Positions 59,737 to 64,000 of a DNA stretch of 64,000 nucleotides are shown here, in pieces. Numbering within the stretch: the stretch's first letter is position 1; every line of letters starts with the position of its first letter. A program made the translations under genes and the position numbers. Origin of the DNA: Candidatus Kaiserbacteria bacterium (GTDB lineage: Bacteria > Patescibacteriota > Minisyncoccia > Phycocordibacterales > Phycocordibacteraceae). Below the pieces are notes generated by a model. The model searched no databases. It worked only from the letters and a program-made list of their open reading frames with translations, and was not told the origin of the DNA. The stretch spans positions 1,931 through 65,930 of the forward strand of contig CAWEXP010000009.1 in the NCBI GenBank assembly GCA_963813065.1, read 5' to 3'.

Positions 59737-60325
59737 ATGTGCACGGTCGTAGGAAAAGATGCCGCCATCGCGGTCTCGATTGACGATTTGCAAACGTTCG
59801 GTTGTCCGTACTGCGGCTACCGTTCGGGCTATACGCCAATTTCTGGCTATGGCACAGCGGTGTGGGTGTGCGGAGAATGCGGAAAGACCTCGTGTGTGCT
59901 CGCAAAGGGTCTCGAAGTCTCCCGCATCAGCTTCGGCAGTCCGCCAGTCTACCCGAAACTCGTCGAACATCCGCGCAAAGGAATCCCCGCGCACGGCGCA
60001 CTCGACACGAGGCCCGAGCATGGAGAATTTTTCCGTCCACGAGAGATTGGGAGCGGCGTTACGCCTGGCTGTTTCGTTTGTGGCGGCCCTGAGCGCTTGT
60101 ACACCGATATGGCCGGGTTCGTGCAGTGCAAGGACGCGGGCGAACGCGTGGTCAAGCTCTTTGAGCACGGCGCGTGGCTCGACTATCGCGAGTACGAGCC
60201 CGACCGCGTGCAGGTCAAGATTGGCGCATGCGATACGCACGTGCCGAATCTCAAGCGTCTTGTACGAGCTCGTGCGGGACGCCGTCATCACGCCAGAACT
60301 CATCAAAGAAGCTCAAGAAACATAA
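59737..60325 (+). CDS. orphan multi-CxxC (zinc-ribbon) protein, SD-led; indel near 3' end
   Basis: CPYC, CGEC, CFVC, C..H; GAGGAG upstream; terminator 60330-60359. Confidence 0.65.
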
Positions 60326-60382
60326 GAGTAACGCGCCCGGATTCGTCCGGGCGCTTTTTATATCCGGTGCTATAGTTCCCGC

Positions 60383-61468
60383 ATGGACATCGCTCACTCG
60401 CTCTACAAAGCCGCCAAGCCGCTTATTTATATGACCGATCCGGAGATGGCGCACGAGGCGATGCTCTTCGCCGGCGAGCTCTCGGGCTCGACACTACTTA
60501 CGCGCGCAGTCATCGCGAGCATGTATCGCTATCGCGGAGAGGATATTTCGAAAGTAGTCGATGGAGTGAAATACGAGACGCCCGTGCTCCTCTCCGCTGG
60601 GTTCGACCCGAACGGCCGCCTCACGCGCGTAATGCGCGATATGTCCTTCGGTGGCGAAGAGATCGGCTCGACAACGGCGTATCCCTGCATTGGGAACCCC
60701 AAGCCGCGCATGACGCGCTTGCCCAAGAACGAGAGCATCATCGTCTACAAGGGCCTGCGCAATCACGGCGTCGACACGCTGATTAAGAAATTACAGAGGA
60801 CGAAGAGCGCGCCGGGCTACGTGCTCGGCATCTCGATTGCACTCACCAATTATCGCAAGGAGAGTTGTGCGACGATCGAGGGCGCGATCGAGGATTACGT
60901 CATCTCATTTAAAAAATTGAACGAGGCAAAAGTGGGCGATTACTACACGCTCAATATTTCTTGCCCCAACACCAACGGCGGCGTCGAGGAGATGTTGCAA
61001 GAGCCGGAGAATTTCGAAAAACTGCTCGTCGCGATTAAAAAAATCCCGAGCACCCAGCCGCTCTATATCAAGATGCCGATTAACCTAACGATGGACCACT
61101 TCGATGCGCTTCTCGACGTCGCGGATAAAAATGGTGTCGACGGCGTCATCTGCGGCAACCTTAATAAAAACTGGGACGAACTCGACGATCGGAGCGAAGC
61201 GCCCAAAGCGTGGCGTGGCGGCCTCTCGGGCAAGCCCTGCTGGGCGCGCTCGACCGCACTCGTGCGTCACACGCGCGAGAAATATGGAAAGCGGTTTACG
61301 ATTATCGGCACGGGCGGCATCCTCTCGCCCGAGGACGCGATGGAAAAATTCCGCGCGGGCGCCGACCTCGTGCAGATGATTTCCGGCATGATTTTCGATT
61401 CGCCTTCAATCATGAAGCACATCTGCGAACGGTACGCAAAAGAGCGTCCAGGTTATACTCACCCGTAA
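60383..61468 (+). CDS. pyrD: dihydroorotate dehydrogenase, class 2-like
   Basis: DPEMAH N-terminal helices, GNPKPRM.RL, NISCPNT, KMP, GGLSG, GTGGI, GADLVQ. Confidence 0.88.
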   Translation: MDIAHSLYKAAKPLIYMTDPEMAHEAMLFAGELSGSTLLTRAVIASMYRYRGEDISKVVDGVKYETPVLLSAGFDPNGRLTRVMRDMSFGGEEIGSTTAYPCIGNPKPRMTRLPKNESIIVYKGLRNHGVDTLIKKLQRTKSAPGYVLGISIALTNYRKESCATIEGAIEDYVISFKKLNEAKVGDYYTLNISCPNTNGGVEEMLQEPENFEKLLVAIKKIPSTQPLYIKMPINLTMDHFDALLDVADKNGVDGVICGNLNKNWDELDDRSEAPKAWRGGLSGKPCWARSTALVRHTREKYGKRFTIIGTGGILSPEDAMEKFRAGADLVQMISGMIFDSPSIMKHICERYAKERPGYTHP

Positions 61469-61471
61469 CGT

Positions 61472-61822
61472 ATGAATCCCGAAGCCCATAAAATTATTCC
61501 CGAGACCGTCGCAGATGCGGCAGTGCTCTATGAGGGCAAAGTATTTCAGGGAACTACACACGGGCACGCCCTCGGCAAATTGCTTGAATATCTAAAAGGT
61601 GCGGATCCAGATTTATATACCAAGGTTGGTGGAGAGGAGTATGGGCTCGTCGAGGAGCTCGAACACCGTTCGCCGGGTACTTATGACTTCGAAGGATTTG
61701 TTACTAGTACCGGTCGATACATCAATCGAACCGAGGCAAATACCATCGCCGAAAGGAATGGTCAGCGCATCGGCTGGAAGCCTCCCGGTAGTGATTTGTA
61801 TTCGGAAGAACTAAGAGGCTAG
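61472..61822 (+). CDS. hypothetical protein
   Basis: AAV...G.HG..GFVTSTGRYINRTEA..LYSEEL. Confidence 0.65.
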   Translation: MNPEAHKIIPETVADAAVLYEGKVFQGTTHGHALGKLLEYLKGADPDLYTKVGGEEYGLVEELEHRSPGTYDFEGFVTSTGRYINRTEANTIAERNGQRIGWKPPGSDLYSEELRG

Positions 61823-61862
61823 ATTTTTATATAAAAAAGGACACCCGAGGGTGTCCGTGTCG

Positions 61863-62366
61863 TTAGTGTTTGTTGTCGGCGATAATTTGCGACGCCGCTT
61901 TGAGAATCGCGGTGGTCGAGGAATAGTCCACGACATCGCGAATGATTTTTGTGCCCCTTCGCGCATGTTCTCGCCCGACGATGGTGTGTTCAAGATTGCG
62001 GAACTCGTCATTCTTGAAGATCCAGTCTGGCTCGGTGAGTTTCGCCACGAGGCCGAAGTCCTCAACGCTGTTGATGATGCATGAGAATGTTACCTGCTTG
62101 AGCGCGTCGACGATCGCGACACGACGCGAGTCGTAGATTACGGGGCGTCCCTCGCCCTTATGCGCACGCACCAGCTCGTCCGAGTCGACGCCGACGATGA
62201 GCACGTCGCACCACCGCTGACATTTGATGAGATAGTCGAGATGCAGGCAGTGGAATAGGTCGAAGGAGCCGGAGGTGAGACCGATAGTCTGATTTTTCTC
62301 TTGAGTTTGCTTGAGATAGGACTGAACCACCTCGACCGAAGTCGATTCTTTCAGATCAAAGAGCAT
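61863..62366 (-). CDS. cytidylyl/adenylyltransferase family (RfaE/TagD-like), SD-led
   Basis: SGSFDLFHCLH, LIVGVDSD..KGEGRP, SSTT; GGAGG upstream. Confidence 0.85.
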   Translation of the reverse strand: MLFDLKESTSVEVVQSYLKQTQEKNQTIGLTSGSFDLFHCLHLDYLIKCQRWCDVLIVGVDSDELVRAHKGEGRPVIYDSRRVAIVDALKQVTFSCIINSVEDFGLVAKLTEPDWIFKNDEFRNLEHTIVGREHARRGTKIIRDVVDYSSTTAILKAASQIIADNKH

Positions 62367-62404
62367 TATCGTTTCCTCCAGAAACCGCCAGAGTTATACC
62401 ATGC

Positions 62405-63067
62405 TTAGTGCGCCCAGGCAATTGCGAGGACATTTTGTGCTCCCGCAGATTTGAGCGCAGAACACGCCGAGGCGAGTGTCGCGCCGGTGGTAACGACGTC
62501 GTCGCAGACAATGTAGGTATGCTCGGCCCCACTTCGCTCTTCGAGCCTTGTCGGGCATTGGAAGGCGCCGCGCATGTTGCTCAAGCGTTCTCGGCGGGGG
62601 AGCGAGACTTGGGATGTGGTTTCTCTTGTGCGCACTAACAAATTGGGGCTCGTGATTATTTTAACGTCTGTTGTCCCTACTTCGCTAAAGCTACGTAGGG
62701 CACGGCGCGTCACTTCTTCGACCTGATTGAATCCGCGCTCACGTCGCCGCTCTTTCCCTAGTGGCACCGGCACGAGTACGATGTTGGGTTTCGTAAACCC
62801 TACATTCTCGCTTACGAGCTCATGCAGATATTCGGCGAGTGCCGAAGCGAGAAGCATAAATGCTTTCTCGTTGCCGTGATATTTTGCCTCGTGGATTGCC
62901 GCGCGGACGGAATCGTCGGGGAAGGGTAGGAGTGCGGTTACGATGAGGCCGCCCCCGCCGACGATTTCCGGCGCGAGGAGTGCGAGGAAGTCGTCGGGCG
63001 AGCAATCGCGCACTCTTTTTTCATCGGCGCGGGTGGGGAAAAGCAGTTCGAACAGGCGAGCGAGCAT
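62405..63067 (-). CDS. comF: ComF-family protein
   Basis: PVPL..R.RERGFNQ, R.SNMRGAF, DDVVTTGATL. Confidence 0.9.
   Translation of the reverse strand: MLARLFELLFPTRADEKRVRDCSPDDFLALLAPEIVGGGGLIVTALLPFPDDSVRAAIHEAKYHGNEKAFMLLASALAEYLHELVSENVGFTKPNIVLVPVPLGKERRRERGFNQVEEVTRRALRSFSEVGTTDVKIITSPNLLVRTRETTSQVSLPRRERLSNMRGAFQCPTRLEERSGAEHTYIVCDDVVTTGATLASACSALKSAGAQNVLAIAWAH
62675..62702. repeat. 28-bp palindromic element inside comF
   Basis: Identical to 45387..45414. Confidence 0.85.
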
Positions 63068-63088
63068 TGGACGTAGTATACTGTCGGC

Positions 63089-64000
63089 ATGTCACTGTTC
63101 GGAAATCTCTTCGGTGCAAAAAAGGGCGGCAGTGTACTCGGCGTGGACATCGGCTCCTCGTCCTTGAAGGTCGTGCAATTGAAAAAGCAGGGTGGCAAAG
63201 CGGTGCTCGAGACCTATGGCGAACTCTCGCTCGGTCCCTACGGCGGCGGCAAGGTGGGGCAGGCGACGAATCTTGCACCCGAGCAGATTGCCGAGACCTT
63301 GAAGGATCTCTTGCGCGAAGCGAAGGTGACGACCGCCAACTGCGGCGTCTCGATTCCGTATGCGCGCTCGCTCCTCACGCTTGTTGATCTCCCGCGCCGC
63401 AAGGATCCGGCGGAGCAGAAGACGATCATCGAGCTCGAAGCGCGTAAATTTATTCCCGTGCCAATCGAGGAAGTCCAGCTCGACTGGTTCCTGGTGCCTG
63501 ATGCGGCGCCGGGCAAGCAGGATCCGCAGGATACTGAGAAAGTGAAAGTGCTGATTGTCGCGGTCCACAACGACGAACTCAAGCTCCTCGAGAGCGTCAT
63601 GAAAAATGCGAATCTTGCCGCCAGTTTTTATGAAATCGAAATTTTCAGCACCATCCGCGCGGTGATCGACGAGCCCGTGAAGCCGGTGATGGTGCTCGAC
63701 ATTGGTGCGGCCTCGACCAAGGCGTACATCGTCGAACGCGGCGTCGTCGCGCTCTCGCACGCCATCGCGGTCGGGAGTCAGGACATCACGCGCGCCATCG
63801 CCGCCTCAGGCAACCTCACGCTCGAACGCGCCGAAGCACTGAAGAAGGAAGAAGGCTTGGGCGAAGACGGTGAGCGTTCGGCGCTCGAGCAGGTCTTCAA
63901 TCGCATCTTCACCGAGGCGCGGCGCGTGGTGACCGAGTTCGAGACTGCCAATAACAAATCGATTACCTCGATTGTGCTCACTGGCGGTGGCGGGGTGACG
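63089..64000 (+). CDS. pilM: type IV pilus assembly protein PilM (runs off window)
   Basis: LGVDIGSSSLKVVQL, EARKFIPVPIEEVQLDW, LDIGA, VLTGGG. Confidence 0.92.
   Translation, partial: MSLFGNLFGAKKGGSVLGVDIGSSSLKVVQLKKQGGKAVLETYGELSLGPYGGGKVGQATNLAPEQIAETLKDLLREAKVTTANCGVSIPYARSLLTLVDLPRRKDPAEQKTIIELEARKFIPVPIEEVQLDWFLVPDAAPGKQDPQDTEKVKVLIVAVHNDELKLLESVMKNANLAASFYEIEIFSTIRAVIDEPVKPVMVLDIGAASTKAYIVERGVVALSHAIAVGSQDITRAIAASGNLTLERAEALKKEEGLGEDGERSALEQVFNRIFTEARRVVTEFETANNKSITSIVLTGGGGVT

Noticed and set aside
59579-62366. Integrated prophage or island at tRNA-Ser
   Set aside because: No integrase, no duplicated tRNA 3' end, and pyrD follows within 720 bp.

Overview
From about 3.8 kb to the end, this window reads as a Patescibacteria (CPR, Parcubacteria-like) chromosome segment. 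This is inferred from the missing rpmD/uL30, r-protein extensions, SD-less core genes and the gene set. It holds the 3' end of fusA, tuf, the S10-spc ribosomal protein cluster, secY-adk-map, ndk, infC-rpmI-rplT, an ECF sigma locus, a redox/repair cluster (msrA, msrB, VKOR, bcp, nth, mutY-like), rnj, secG, groESL, a MacAB-like ABC exporter, tRNA-Ser(GCT), pyrD, comF and pilM. Bases 1-3797 are a patchwork of truncated, foreign-looking pieces (two IS66 fragments, a miaB fragment) and are probably chimeric. Many single-base frameshifts, densest at 14.4-16.3 kb in essential r-protein genes, look like consensus errors. Five signals stand out. (1) About 17 orphan genes sit singly between core genes with their own sigma70-like promoter, a strong Shine-Dalgarno and often a terminator, while core genes are SD-less or leaderless. 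(2) A ~100-nt repeated element with compensatory base changes occurs at 36041 and 46715, and several shorter palindromic elements lie in-frame in nth, mutY, comF, rnj and an MBL nuclease. (3) A 118-nt rod-shaped ncRNA candidate (6S-like) has its own -10 and terminator. (4) Two near-identical IS30 copies have 3-bp target duplications and a shared out-of-frame start; one disrupts msrA. (5) The S10-spc operon is split into separately promoted pieces. All calls are by eye; no searches were run.
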